DNA of 64,000 nt from Longimicrobiales bacterium (GTDB lineage Bacteria; Gemmatimonadota; Gemmatimonadetes; Longimicrobiales; Gaopeijiaceae): assembly GCA_965203485.1 (NCBI GenBank), contig OZ241892.1, forward strand, positions 1,984,001-2,048,000, given 5' to 3'. A model generated the notes under the pieces. That model searched no databases and was not told the DNA's origin. It worked only from the letters and a program-made list of their open reading frames with translations. Positions 1 through 9,726 of this stretch are shown here, piece by piece (position 1 is the stretch's first letter; each line of letters begins with the position of its first letter). The translations under genes and the position numbers were made by a program.

Positions 1-268
1 CAACCCTCAAGAAGCGTCGGCAAAGCTGCGCCACCCGCGCCGAGCCCTCGGCTTCGGCGCGCTTCAAGATGGCCTCCACGCGCGGAGCCAGCAGCGGCTC
101 GCCCCATCGGCAGCCGGTGGCCAGTTCCGCGCCCCTCGTGTCGGCCTGGTCCGCACCTGCGATCAGCGCCCATGCGCGCGCCTCGTCGAAGCCGGGCGAC
201 CCGGGCTCCGGCAACCGGTACTGGGGAAGCCGTTCTTCGCGGTCCTCTTTGACGAACGCCCTGGACAT
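1..268 (-). CDS. Hypothetical protein with an MSRAFVKED N-terminus; runs off the window edge
   Basis: Manual translation from ATG 268: MSRAFVKEDREERLPQYRLPEPGSPGFDEARAWALIAGAD... with no stop before position 1. Not in the ORF track. Confidence 0.6.
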   Translation of the reverse strand, partial: MSRAFVKEDREERLPQYRLPEPGSPGFDEARAWALIAGADQADTRGAELATGCRWGEPLLAPRVEAILKRAEAEGSARVAQLCRRFLRV

Positions 269-324
269 GGCTTGCAATGTCGTTGCAGGCCGCCCGCGGC
301 GCAAAGACCGCGAGCGCCGCCGCG

Positions 325-1491
325 TCATCCCACGGCGCCGATCATGTCGAAGATCGGCAGATACATGGACACGACGACGCTGCCGATGCCGATGCCCAGA
401 ATCACGATCATGGCGGGCTCGGCGGCCGCCATCAGCGCGTCGGCCGCCGCCGCCGTCTCCTGTTCGTAGAAGTCGGCGACGCGGGACAGCATCTCGTCGA
501 GAGCGCCGGCGCGCTCCCCCGCGTCCACCATCTGCACCACCAGCGCCGGGAACACTCCCGACTGCCTCAAGGGGCCGGCAATCGTGTCCCCCGCCGCGAT
601 CGACGCCCGAGACCGCGCGACCGCGTCCTCGACGACTCGGTTGCCGGCCGTCTTCGCCGTGATGTCGAGCGCATCGAGGATCGACACGCCCGACGCCAGG
701 AGCGTCGCGAGCGTGTGCGCGAAGCGCGACACCGCGGCCTTGCGCATCAACTCTCCGACCAGCGGCGTCCGCAAGAGCGCGCGGTCGAGCGCCAAGCGGC
801 CGGCGGCCGTTCGCCGCGCCCGCCCGCCCGCCAGGACGAGAGCCGCGGCGAGAAGCGCGAGGCCCCACCACCAGCGCTGCACCGCGTGCGACGCTTCGAT
901 CACCAGCCGCGTCGGCAACGGCAGGGCGACGCCGGACGAGGCGAACATGTCCTCGAACGCGGGCACGACGAACACGAGCATGACCGCAATCGCCGGAACC
1001 GAGACGGCTACAATGGCCACCGGGTACACTAGGGCTCCCCGCATCTTCCGCAGCAGGGCCTCGCTGCGCTCCTGGTAGGCGGCAAGCCGGGCCAGGATCG
1101 CGTCCAGCGCCCCGCTGGCCTCGCCCGCCGCCACCATGTTGGCGTACAGCGGCGGGAAGATGCGGGAATGGCGCCGCATCGCCTCGGCCAAGGCGTCGCC
1201 GGACCTCACGCGGCGAACAGTGTCCGCCAGCGCCAAGCGGAGCCGTTCGCTGGGAGTCTGGGCGGCCAGCAGCTCCAGGCTGCGCACCAGCGGCAGTCCC
1301 GCGCGCACCAGCGTGGCGAGCAACCGCGTGAAGAGCGCCAATTCGCGGGCTGGCACACCGCGCCGGAGCGAGGCGCGACCCGAACGCTGGCACCGGCCCA
1401 GGCGCAACGGAGCCGGCGGAGCGCCCTGCCGGTTGCCAGCGCGCGCCGACGGCGGCGGGCCGGTCGGCCAGGCCGAAGGCGGGCCGCTCAC
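325..1491 (-). CDS. pilC: Type II secretion system F family / type IV pilus platform protein PilC
   Basis: ELALFTRLLATLVRAGLPL, MVAAGEASGALD, EPAMIVILG...SMYLPIFDM. The GTG start overlaps the pilT TGA (GTGA). Confidence 0.9.
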   Translation of the reverse strand: MSGPPSAWPTGPPPSARAGNRQGAPPAPLRLGRCQRSGRASLRRGVPARELALFTRLLATLVRAGLPLVRSLELLAAQTPSERLRLALADTVRRVRSGDALAEAMRRHSRIFPPLYANMVAAGEASGALDAILARLAAYQERSEALLRKMRGALVYPVAIVAVSVPAIAVMLVFVVPAFEDMFASSGVALPLPTRLVIEASHAVQRWWWGLALLAAALVLAGGRARRTAAGRLALDRALLRTPLVGELMRKAAVSRFAHTLATLLASGVSILDALDITAKTAGNRVVEDAVARSRASIAAGDTIAGPLRQSGVFPALVVQMVDAGERAGALDEMLSRVADFYEQETAAAADALMAAAEPAMIVILGIGIGSVVVSMYLPIFDMIGAVG

Positions 1492-2645
1492 ACTGCTGCC
1501 GGACCGGCGTCCGGCGGCGGGACCTCGCCCACCGCCCTTCGAAGCGCCTCGGGGTCCGAGCTGTGCCTCAACGCTTCGCCGAGCGGCACGCGACCGTTCA
1601 GATACAGTTCGGCGAGCGCGTCGTTCATCGTACGCATGCCGTGCTTGCGGCCGGCCTGGATCAGCGAGGGCAGCTGGTGGACCCTGTGGTCGCGAATCAC
1701 CGCCCGCACGGCGGGAGTGGACACCATCACTTCGGTCGCGACCGCACGGCCGGCGGAGCCCATGCCGCGAACGAGCACCTGCACGGACACGCCCTCGAGC
1801 ACCAAGGAGAGCTGCGAGCGGACCTGGGCTTGGCGGTCGCTCGCGAACGAATCGATAATCCGGTTGACGGACTCGGCCGCCGAACCCGTGTGGAGCGTCG
1901 CCAGCACCAGGTGGCCCGTTTCGGCGAAGTCGAGAGCCGCCTGCACGGTCTCGGGATCGCGCATCTCGCCAACGAGGATCACGTCCGGGTCCTGGCGCAG
2001 CGCCGACTTGATCGCCGACGCGAAGTCCCGCGTGTCCCTGCCCACTTCCCGCTGGCTGATCAGGCAACGGCGCGGCGGGTGAACGAACTCCACCGGGTCC
2101 TCGATCGTAACGATGTGGCGCCGCCGCTCGCGATTGATCTGGTCGACCATCGCCGCCAGCGTCGTCGACTTGCCGGCGCCCGCCGGACCCGCCACCAGCA
2201 CCAGGCCGCGAGGCCGATCCGCGAGCCGCCCCAGCACCGGCGGCAGTCCCAAGTCGCCCAGCCGGGGGATGCGCGACGGGATGCGCCGGATGGCCAGCGA
2301 CGCCGACTCCCGCTGGCGAAAGCAGTTGACCCGAAACCGCCCGAGTTCGTCGTCCGCGACGATCACGTCCAGCTCGCCGCCGTCGTCGAACCGGGCGCGC
2401 CGCGTTTCGCCCAGCGCCTCGTGGGCAAGCCGTTCCGTCTCCGCCGGCGAGAGCAGGCGGCCGTCGCCGACGTCCACCAGGGCTCCGTGAACGCGCGCCT
2501 TGGGCCGATGACCGGCCGCCAGATGCAGGTCGGACGCGCCGCTGGCGACCATCTCGCCGAGCAACGCGGCAAGTCCGCGACGGCCCGGCCCACCGGTTCG
2601 CCAATCGCGGGCCGGACCCGCCGACGCGGTACGCCCGCGCGTCAT
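1488..2645 (-). CDS. pilT: Type IV pilus retraction ATPase PilT
   Basis: GASDLHL, Walker A GPAGAGKSTT, TIEDPVE, ALRQDPDVILVGEMRD, AETGHLVLATLH. ATGA overlap with comEA. Confidence 0.95.
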   Translation of the reverse strand: MTRGRTASAGPARDWRTGGPGRRGLAALLGEMVASGASDLHLAAGHRPKARVHGALVDVGDGRLLSPAETERLAHEALGETRRARFDDGGELDVIVADDELGRFRVNCFRQRESASLAIRRIPSRIPRLGDLGLPPVLGRLADRPRGLVLVAGPAGAGKSTTLAAMVDQINRERRRHIVTIEDPVEFVHPPRRCLISQREVGRDTRDFASAIKSALRQDPDVILVGEMRDPETVQAALDFAETGHLVLATLHTGSAAESVNRIIDSFASDRQAQVRSQLSLVLEGVSVQVLVRGMGSAGRAVATEVMVSTPAVRAVIRDHRVHQLPSLIQAGRKHGMRTMNDALAELYLNGRVPLGEALRHSSDPEALRRAVGEVPPPDAGPAAV

Positions 2646-3364
2646 TCGCGAACCGTCACCAACGCGGCAATCCGGGCGAAGGTCTTGGGACCTATCCCCC
2701 GCACGCGCATCAAGTCCTCCGAGCGCTCGAAGCGTCCATCCGCGTCCCGAGAGGCGACGATGCGGCCCGCCGTCACCGGCCCGATGCCGGGCAACGAGGC
2801 CAACTCCGCCAATCCGGCCCGGTTCACGTTCACCGGCCGGGCCGCCGAAGGACCGCCTGCCGTCCGCGCCGCGCCGCCGCCAACCTCCCGCCGAAGGCCC
2901 GCGCCCGCCGGCGCGCCGCCCCCGCCCGAGTTCGCCCGCGTTCGCGCCGGCCTCGCGCGGACGGCGGCGGCGCGCACGTCCAGGAAGGACCGCATCCGCT
3001 CGACGGCGGCCGGGCCGATTCCCCGCACCCGCGCCAAGTCGGCGGCGCTCGCGAACGGACCGGCGCTTTCCCGTTCGTCCACGATGCGGGCCGCCGTGGC
3101 CGGCCCCACGCCCGGGAGCCGGTCGAGTTCCTCCTCGCCGGCCGAATTGGGGTCGATCCGTTCCCCCGGCTCCAAGGGCCGGCTCCTCCGCGCCTTGTCC
3201 TCGGCGACCGAATCGCCCGCCGCGAGAAGGCTGTCGGCGATGGAAGGGCGGCCCTCCAGCGGCACCGGGGCCGGCCCGGCCTCGGCGAACAGGAAGCGGA
3301 CCAGCGCGGCCCCGCACAGCAGCAGCGCCGCCGTCATCATGCTCTTTCGTTCTCGGTCGCCCAC
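2642..3364 (-). CDS. comEA: ComEA-family DNA-binding protein with two helix-hairpin-helix modules
   Basis: N-terminal TM segment, then IDPNSA..ELDRLPGVGPATAARIV and VNVNRA..ELASLPGIGPVTAGRIV. Start codon approximate. Confidence 0.85.
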   Translation of the reverse strand: MGDRERKSMMTAALLLCGAALVRFLFAEAGPAPVPLEGRPSIADSLLAAGDSVAEDKARRSRPLEPGERIDPNSAGEEELDRLPGVGPATAARIVDERESAGPFASAADLARVRGIGPAAVERMRSFLDVRAAAVRARPARTRANSGGGGAPAGAGLRREVGGGAARTAGGPSAARPVNVNRAGLAELASLPGIGPVTAGRIVASRDADGRFERSEDLMRVRGIGPKTFARIAALVTVRE

Positions 3365-3517
3365 GCCGCTGTCCCGGTTGCATGCGCCGTCGCTGGACTC
3401 TCCTTCGCGCGGCCCGGCGCCTTCGTCCGCGCTCCATGCAACACGATGGCCCAAGAGGCGGGACGATGGGATGGCGGAACGGGACGGCGGGCGGGGCGAA
3501 GCCGGCGGCCGTGGGAG

Positions 3518-6500
3518 TCAGCTTCGGCCCGGCAGGATCGCGGGCGTCAGCGCGAAGCGTCCGTAGACGTGAAGCTGGAAGCGCGTCGTGCTCGCCCGCT
3601 GCCCCACGAACGAGCGGCGGTCGGCGTAGCGAAGGCGGATGCCCAGCTCGAAGTCGCGAACCGAAGAATCCACCGAAAGCGAAGCGGTGCGGTCGAGATG
3701 GTCGATGAAGGGAACGCACAGGTTCCCAGGCGAAGCCACGCGGCACTCCGTCTCGCCGGCGTAGGCGACGCTCAGGGTCAGCAGCAACGGGGCGCCCCGC
3801 ATTCTGAACAGCCTCATCGGCGAGCGCAGGGGCACGGAGGCTGCGACCGAGTGCGCGGTCGCCCGGCGCCGCGTGTCGCCGGTGGGATCCGCGCTTTCGC
3901 CGCGGTTGGTGCGCCCTCGGTAGACGAAGGCGAGTCCTCCTGCGAAACGCAACGTCGCCGCGACGGGCACTTCTCGGTCCTCGCGCCAGCGATCCTGCCG
4001 GCTCCCCGCGCCGAACGTCCGCATTCGCACTTCGCGCCGGTACCCCCCGCTGGCCGAGACGCGCCGCAGGAACGCCGCCAGGAACCCGGGCGCCGGGAGA
4101 TCGGCGACGGTGGCGCGCACGTCGGGCCAGACGCGCCGCAAGACGTCGCGGTCGGAACGGGCGTCCAGGGTCTGGTGCAGGGAGCGGTCGTAGCCCAAGC
4201 CCACGGACACCGATCCGGGCAGCCGCGCGCCGCCCCGGAGGTTGATTCGCCGCCGCTGACTGAAGACGGAGGCGGAGTCGGGACCGATTCTGAGGAAGTC
4301 CTCGCGGCGGCCCCATCCCAGCTGGTAGGCGGCGCCCGGCTCGACGGCGCCGCGGTTGAAGCGCGAGCTGAATCCGTTCGCGTACGTGAAGGCCAGCGGC
4401 TCGACGGCGCCGAGCAACGTGGCCAAGGGACCGCCCTCGACCCGCTCGGCGGCCAACCGGGCAGGTTCGATCGATACCGACGCCGAAAGGTCCCGCCGCC
4501 CCCCCGCGTTGCGCAGCAGGCCCGAGGGCTGGATGCTCCCGCCGCGTTCCTCGACCAAGTCGGAGTTGCGCTCGGACACGTAGAGGGTCGTGACCTGCAT
4601 GCTCGTGCGCGCCCAGTCGGAGAGCCGCGGGAGAAACAGGAGGCGCGTCCGCAACCGGCGGGCGACCTCCCAGCCGAAGTCCACGCTGGCCAGCCGGGTC
4701 CGCTCCGCGGCAAGCAGATCGCGGGTCTCCTCGCCGACGGCGAGCTGCGCGGGATCCAGCAGGTCGCGCCCCGTGGTCAGATCGGCCTCGGCCGACAACG
4801 ACTCGAAGGGTCGCAGGCCGATGCTGGCGGTTCCCGCGAACGTCTTGCGGGGCGCGTGGGCTACCGTCGCGAGCGAGTCCTCCGGCCCGCGAATCGCCCG
4901 GCCGAAGCGGCGCGTCTCGATATCCTCGCGGGCGACTTCGGCGTCGAACCGGAGCCGCTCGGGGCTCCACCGCAACCGCGCTCCCGCGACCCGGTCCTCG
5001 AGAAAGGCGGGGAGGACCGCCCGCAACGCGTCGCCCACCCTCCCCGGAAAGAGCGGAAAGTCCCTGCGGCCCGGAGCAACCGCGTAGCCGAGAAAGCCGT
5101 CGACGCCCTGGCTGGCGCTCTCGGTGGTGGCGGTCCGAAACGACGAGCGCACCACGCCGGCCCGCAGATCGAGACCGTTGGCCACCGCGTGCCAAACGCC
5201 GTCGCGCGGCGTCGCGGAGCGCCGAACGGAAACGTCGGCCCGCACTCGTCCGAAGCCGGGGCGGCGGAGTCCGTCCAGCCGGTCGGCCCGCACGTCGCTG
5301 CGCTCCAAGAAGATCGGCGCCCGGCGGTCGCGTTCGTAGGTGACGGTCAGCGGCGCCTCGATCGCCCATGCGTCGGGCGCCAAACGGCCCATCTGAAGCG
5401 ACGCGCGCAGATCAAGGGCTCTCTCGTCCTGAAACGACGGCGCGTCGCGCAACTGGCGGAAGAATCCCCCGCGGGTGCGGAGCGAGACCCGCGACTGCAG
5501 GAAGCCGCCTCCGTCGAGAGAAGCGTCGAAGGCGGACGCGAAACCCGCGTCGCGCACGCCGCCGTCGATCCGCAGCTCGTCCACCCAGATCTCGCCCGAG
5601 ATCGGCGCGCCGGTCTCGTTGAGCACGCCGACGCTCATCTCCCGCACCGCAGCCAAGTTGGGCGCCCGGCCCCGGTCGCGCATCACCACCGCGTAGGCCG
5701 AGTCGGCCGACCACGCCACGAGCGGAGCCGATCCCGGCCGGCGCGGCTCGCGCGCGAGGCGCTCCTCGGCGATGCGTCGCAGGTCGAGCCACTCGTCGAA
5801 GGCGACCACGACTTCCGGCAGCCAGTCCTCTTCGCGAACCCGTCCCGGAGCGGCCGCGGGATCGAGGCGCGTCCGGTACAGGTAGAAGTTCTCCGCGTCC
5901 GTGCCCATCTTGACGAAGAAGTAGGCGGACGACAGACGCCCTAGGCCGTCGCCGCGGGGCGCCACGACCCATAGCCGCGCTTCGCGGTACGGCCGGAAGT
6001 CGCGAGGGCGTTGCGGGAAGCGGTTGTAGACCTCCGCCCTGTCGCCCGGCTGCAAGTCCTCGAACGCCACCGAGAGCGACCTCTCGTTGAACTCGACGCC
6101 CTGTCCGCCGAACGCGGCCGTGGGGTCGTCGAGCTGCTCCACGACGCCGGGCGGCGAGACGTAGGCGTCCCCTGCGGTCAGCGCCGAGACGGGACCCACG
6201 TCGATCCGGCCCCGGGCCGCCACCGTGTCGCCGCCCAGTCCCGTGAGGACGCCCGACTGAGACCGCTTGATCCAAGTCGAGCCCACGATGCCGAAGCGCG
6301 TCAGGACGAACGAATCGCGCCGCTTCCCCGTCACCGCAACGCGAACGTGCCGCACCGCCCGCAACTCGGCCTCTCCGACGGGGCCGCCCACGTCGACGGC
6401 CGCCGGGTCGCGCAACGGAACGCGGTAGAGACGAAAGCGCGTGCCGGTCTCCGCGCGGTCGCGCACCAAGAAGGGCGACGAGCCGTCGAGCGGGATCACG

Positions 6501-9500
6501 AAGCGGCGGTAGCGCTCGGCCGTGTCCAGCACGCCGTCCTCGTCGAGGTCCTCGGAGTCCGGGCGGCCGTTTCCGCGCGTGCAGTTGGCGTCCGGGTCGC
6601 CGAGCCGGTACACCCTGCCGCGCTCCTGAAGGCATTCCTCGTTCCACACGCCCCGAGCGTCCGCCAGGTCGCCCCACACTTCGCCTCGGCGCGGATCGGC
6701 CTCCTGGTCCAGCCGTCCGGCGCCCCACGGCACGCCCGAGCCCCGCTTCGTCCCGCTCACGGCCCCGCCCGCGTCCACGAAGAAGGCGTCCTCGCTCACC
6801 ACCCCGACATCGAGCACCAGCGTCAGGAACTCGCCGTCACGGGCGTAGAACTCGATCAGATCGCTCTTCGTGAGGTCCGCCCCCGCGACGTTGAGCACCG
6901 TGGTGATCGACGACCACGCGTTCGCCTCCCCGAGGTCGCCATCGCGCGGGTCGAAGCGCAAGAAGAGGCCCGGCTCGCGCACGGCGCTGCCCGTGATCCG
7001 GATCTGCTGGTCGATGTCGGCGGCGGGGCTGAAGCCGCGAAACACCCCCAAGCTGTCGCCCGCGGCGTCCTCCACGATCCATTGATGCTGCCAGGAGAGC
7101 GTGGCCAGGGTGGCCTCCGACAGGTCGGCCGGAAACACGTGCTCGGCGCCGTCGCGGAAGGCGGGACGGCTGCCAAGACGCCAGTCGTGGCTCTGCACGG
7201 ACAACCGCCGGGCCTCCAGGCCGTCGTAGTCGTCCAGGTAGGCGGCACCCTGCGTGTTCGGGTTCGGCAACGAGACCAGGGCCTCGCCCGACAGTCGCAC
7301 CGACGCGCGTTCGCCGTCCCGAAGCCCCCCGATCGCGGCGAGCGCGCGGCCGACGCCGGGAGCGTCGAGGCCGACCGTCGCGGCCGCCCCGCCAAGGCCC
7401 ACCGAGCGCGCCTCCACGCCGAGCTGCGGCCGGCGCACCAGCTCCCCCTCGGCCTGATGGAGGCCGAACAGGTTGAGACTTCCGTAGTCGCCCAGGTCGT
7501 AACGCGCGCTCGCGCCCAACACGGACGCCGGCGCGACCTGGAAGAAGCTCCGCTGCTCCCAGGAGACTTCGAGCGTCCGCGCGGGATTGCCCGCGAGCAG
7601 CCTGGCCGGGTCCGTCAGCTGGAGTTGGCCCAGGTCGTAGTCGATCGCGTAGTCGGCGCCGCGCTCGAGGAGCTGGTCGCCCAGGGCGATGGTCTCGGTT
7701 CCCGGCCGGATGCCCACCGCCTGCAGGTCGAAGGACGAGACGACGTCCGAGCCCCGCACTTCGTAGGCGAAGGAGAGACGAAAAATGCCGCCGTTCCTGC
7801 GTTCGAAGGGATCGGCCGCGCGGTAGATGCGCGTGTTGCGGTTCGCGCCCAGCATGGCCCGGGCCTCGTCGGCCCCCAGCGAGAGACTGGCGACCGGGGC
7901 GGGGTCGGAAAAGGGTTCGAGCGAGGGGAAGACGACGTACGTCCCCTGCACCGGGGGCAGGTCGTCGAACGAATCCAGGGCGGGCCGGTACATCTGCGAC
8001 TCGTCCAGCCGGTCGGCGGGAGCGTCTTCGTCCATCCCGAGCAGCCGCAGGTACGTGACGTCGTCGCCGTTGGGACGCCGGGCGAAGGTGCGGCCCGCGC
8101 TCTCCTCGCCCAGCGAAATCACTAGGTCGACCGAGCCGGGAGCCACGTCGTTGGACGACGACACGCGGTAGACCTGGTGCATCTCCATGCGCCACGTCGG
8201 CCGCCCCGGCTGGTGCAGCGCCTGGGACGCCTTGAGCAGCTGGAGCCGAGGCAGACCTCCGGCGCGGTAGACTCGCTCCGGGTTGTAGGCGCCCACGGTG
8301 TCGCCCGCCGCGGTGACGTAGCTGACGGCCAGCATCTCGTCCGGACCAAGCGGGGCGCGCAAGGCGATCCACAGGCCGCTCGGGTGCACGACGTAGTCCT
8401 GGCCGGGCTGGAGGTAGCGGAACCAGGCCGACTCGCGCACCGTGTCGGCGCCGAGCGACGCGGCGGCCTCCGCCTGGATGTACCCCTCCACCTGCTGCTG
8501 GGCGTAGAGGTCGATCGCCGAGCGGTAGAGCTGGATGGGATGCTCGGTTCCCGGCGCGGCTGCAAGCCGGCCGCTCGACGACGGCAGGGAGAGCGCGTCC
8601 ACGTGCGGGTACTCGGCGAAGGCGGCCGGGTCGAAGAGGAAGAAGAACTGGCCGGCTGCGTAGTCGGCGTCGTCGACCGCCAGCGTGTCGCTTCGCGAAT
8701 AGGAACGGCCCGCGCTCTCCAGCTGGAACCGGCGCGAGGTGACTTCTCCGTTCTGCTGCGCCCAGACGGCCTGCATGTTGAGCCGGCCCGCCTCGGCCAC
8801 CGCGCGGAAGCCGAAGTTGCCGGCCGGCACGGCCTCGCGCAGGAAGCGCGAGGCCGGCAGCTCGAAGCCGATGTCGCCCACGTCGAGACGCTGCAGAAAC
8901 TCGCCGGGCCGGCCCCGATAGTGGATGTTGACGCGGTTCGCGCCCGCGTACTCGCGCGTCTGGTCGTAGTCCACGTCCACGCGCACCCGGTCGACGATCG
9001 TTCCGTCGGCCGTCGCCGCAAAGCGGATGTCGGAGAGGATGCGGGGCCACAGCGGCACCTCGCACGTCACCTGCACGGCCTCGTCGCACGGACGATAGCG
9101 CACCCATTCGCCGCCCAGCTCGCCGCCCCCGCGCACGGAGAACGCGAGGTCGGCGTACTCGTTGACCAGGCGGTCGGCCGCGATGCCGTCGAGCGGGCGT
9201 TCGGGGTCCTCGGCGCGGGGCACGTCGCCGAAGCCGATCGCGCGGCCCCAGGCTCCGAAGCGGAACCGTTCCTGGCGCGACCATTCCAAGGCGGGCAGGC
9301 CGGGCAGGCCCGCTTCCAAGGCGGGCGGAAGCGCGCGGAGCCTCCGCCCCGGCAACCGCGTCGCCGGAATCGCGGCGAGCCCCAGCCTCGCCACCGGAAC
9401 CGGGAGAGGACGCGGCCCCAAGAGCGGCAACCTCGTGGCGCGCAGCTGCGGAATGAGCCACAGCGCGGTGTCGCGCGCCTGCGCAGCGCTCGCCCCCGGC

Positions 9501-9670
9501 GGAACGCGCATCTGAGCGGCGGCTCCCAGCGTCCCGCCCGCCCACGCGCCCGCCGAGACCGTCCCGGCCGCCTCGGCTTCCCACGCTCCCACCAACCACG
9601 CCGCGACCGCCGCGACGCCGCCCCAACGCCGGGCCGAGAACCGGCGCCGCAACGAATCGGTTAGCTTCAT
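3518..9670 (-). CDS. sprA: SprA-like giant outer-membrane protein (2050 aa)
   Basis: Signal peptide, then VDVDYDQTREY..NRVNIHYRG..EFLQRLDVGD, GNFGFRA, DYAIDYDLGQ, AYLDDYDG, DSEDLDEDGVLD, GEIWVDELR. These motifs and the length match SprA/Sov. Confidence 0.8.
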   Translation of the reverse strand: MKLTDSLRRRFSARRWGGVAAVAAWLVGAWEAEAAGTVSAGAWAGGTLGAAAQMRVPPGASAAQARDTALWLIPQLRATRLPLLGPRPLPVPVARLGLAAIPATRLPGRRLRALPPALEAGLPGLPALEWSRQERFRFGAWGRAIGFGDVPRAEDPERPLDGIAADRLVNEYADLAFSVRGGGELGGEWVRYRPCDEAVQVTCEVPLWPRILSDIRFAATADGTIVDRVRVDVDYDQTREYAGANRVNIHYRGRPGEFLQRLDVGDIGFELPASRFLREAVPAGNFGFRAVAEAGRLNMQAVWAQQNGEVTSRRFQLESAGRSYSRSDTLAVDDADYAAGQFFFLFDPAAFAEYPHVDALSLPSSSGRLAAAPGTEHPIQLYRSAIDLYAQQQVEGYIQAEAAASLGADTVRESAWFRYLQPGQDYVVHPSGLWIALRAPLGPDEMLAVSYVTAAGDTVGAYNPERVYRAGGLPRLQLLKASQALHQPGRPTWRMEMHQVYRVSSSNDVAPGSVDLVISLGEESAGRTFARRPNGDDVTYLRLLGMDEDAPADRLDESQMYRPALDSFDDLPPVQGTYVVFPSLEPFSDPAPVASLSLGADEARAMLGANRNTRIYRAADPFERRNGGIFRLSFAYEVRGSDVVSSFDLQAVGIRPGTETIALGDQLLERGADYAIDYDLGQLQLTDPARLLAGNPARTLEVSWEQRSFFQVAPASVLGASARYDLGDYGSLNLFGLHQAEGELVRRPQLGVEARSVGLGGAAATVGLDAPGVGRALAAIGGLRDGERASVRLSGEALVSLPNPNTQGAAYLDDYDGLEARRLSVQSHDWRLGSRPAFRDGAEHVFPADLSEATLATLSWQHQWIVEDAAGDSLGVFRGFSPAADIDQQIRITGSAVREPGLFLRFDPRDGDLGEANAWSSITTVLNVAGADLTKSDLIEFYARDGEFLTLVLDVGVVSEDAFFVDAGGAVSGTKRGSGVPWGAGRLDQEADPRRGEVWGDLADARGVWNEECLQERGRVYRLGDPDANCTRGNGRPDSEDLDEDGVLDTAERYRRFVIPLDGSSPFLVRDRAETGTRFRLYRVPLRDPAAVDVGGPVGEAELRAVRHVRVAVTGKRRDSFVLTRFGIVGSTWIKRSQSGVLTGLGGDTVAARGRIDVGPVSALTAGDAYVSPPGVVEQLDDPTAAFGGQGVEFNERSLSVAFEDLQPGDRAEVYNRFPQRPRDFRPYREARLWVVAPRGDGLGRLSSAYFFVKMGTDAENFYLYRTRLDPAAAPGRVREEDWLPEVVVAFDEWLDLRRIAEERLAREPRRPGSAPLVAWSADSAYAVVMRDRGRAPNLAAVREMSVGVLNETGAPISGEIWVDELRIDGGVRDAGFASAFDASLDGGGFLQSRVSLRTRGGFFRQLRDAPSFQDERALDLRASLQMGRLAPDAWAIEAPLTVTYERDRRAPIFLERSDVRADRLDGLRRPGFGRVRADVSVRRSATPRDGVWHAVANGLDLRAGVVRSSFRTATTESASQGVDGFLGYAVAPGRRDFPLFPGRVGDALRAVLPAFLEDRVAGARLRWSPERLRFDAEVAREDIETRRFGRAIRGPEDSLATVAHAPRKTFAGTASIGLRPFESLSAEADLTTGRDLLDPAQLAVGEETRDLLAAERTRLASVDFGWEVARRLRTRLLFLPRLSDWARTSMQVTTLYVSERNSDLVEERGGSIQPSGLLRNAGGRRDLSASVSIEPARLAAERVEGGPLATLLGAVEPLAFTYANGFSSRFNRGAVEPGAAYQLGWGRREDFLRIGPDSASVFSQRRRINLRGGARLPGSVSVGLGYDRSLHQTLDARSDRDVLRRVWPDVRATVADLPAPGFLAAFLRRVSASGGYRREVRMRTFGAGSRQDRWREDREVPVAATLRFAGGLAFVYRGRTNRGESADPTGDTRRRATAHSVAASVPLRSPMRLFRMRGAPLLLTLSVAYAGETECRVASPGNLCVPFIDHLDRTASLSVDSSVRDFELGIRLRYADRRSFVGQRASTTRFQLHVYGRFALTPAILPGRS

Positions 9671-9726
9671 GCCACGCCGCAGTTGAAGACGGCCCCGGCA
9701 GCGCGCGACCGGGACTGGAGGGGCTC

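Noticed and set aside
1488..5369. Apparent 1293-aa PilT fusion
   Set aside because: Only the last 385 aa are PilT. The upstream part is an off-frame reading of sprA and comEA.
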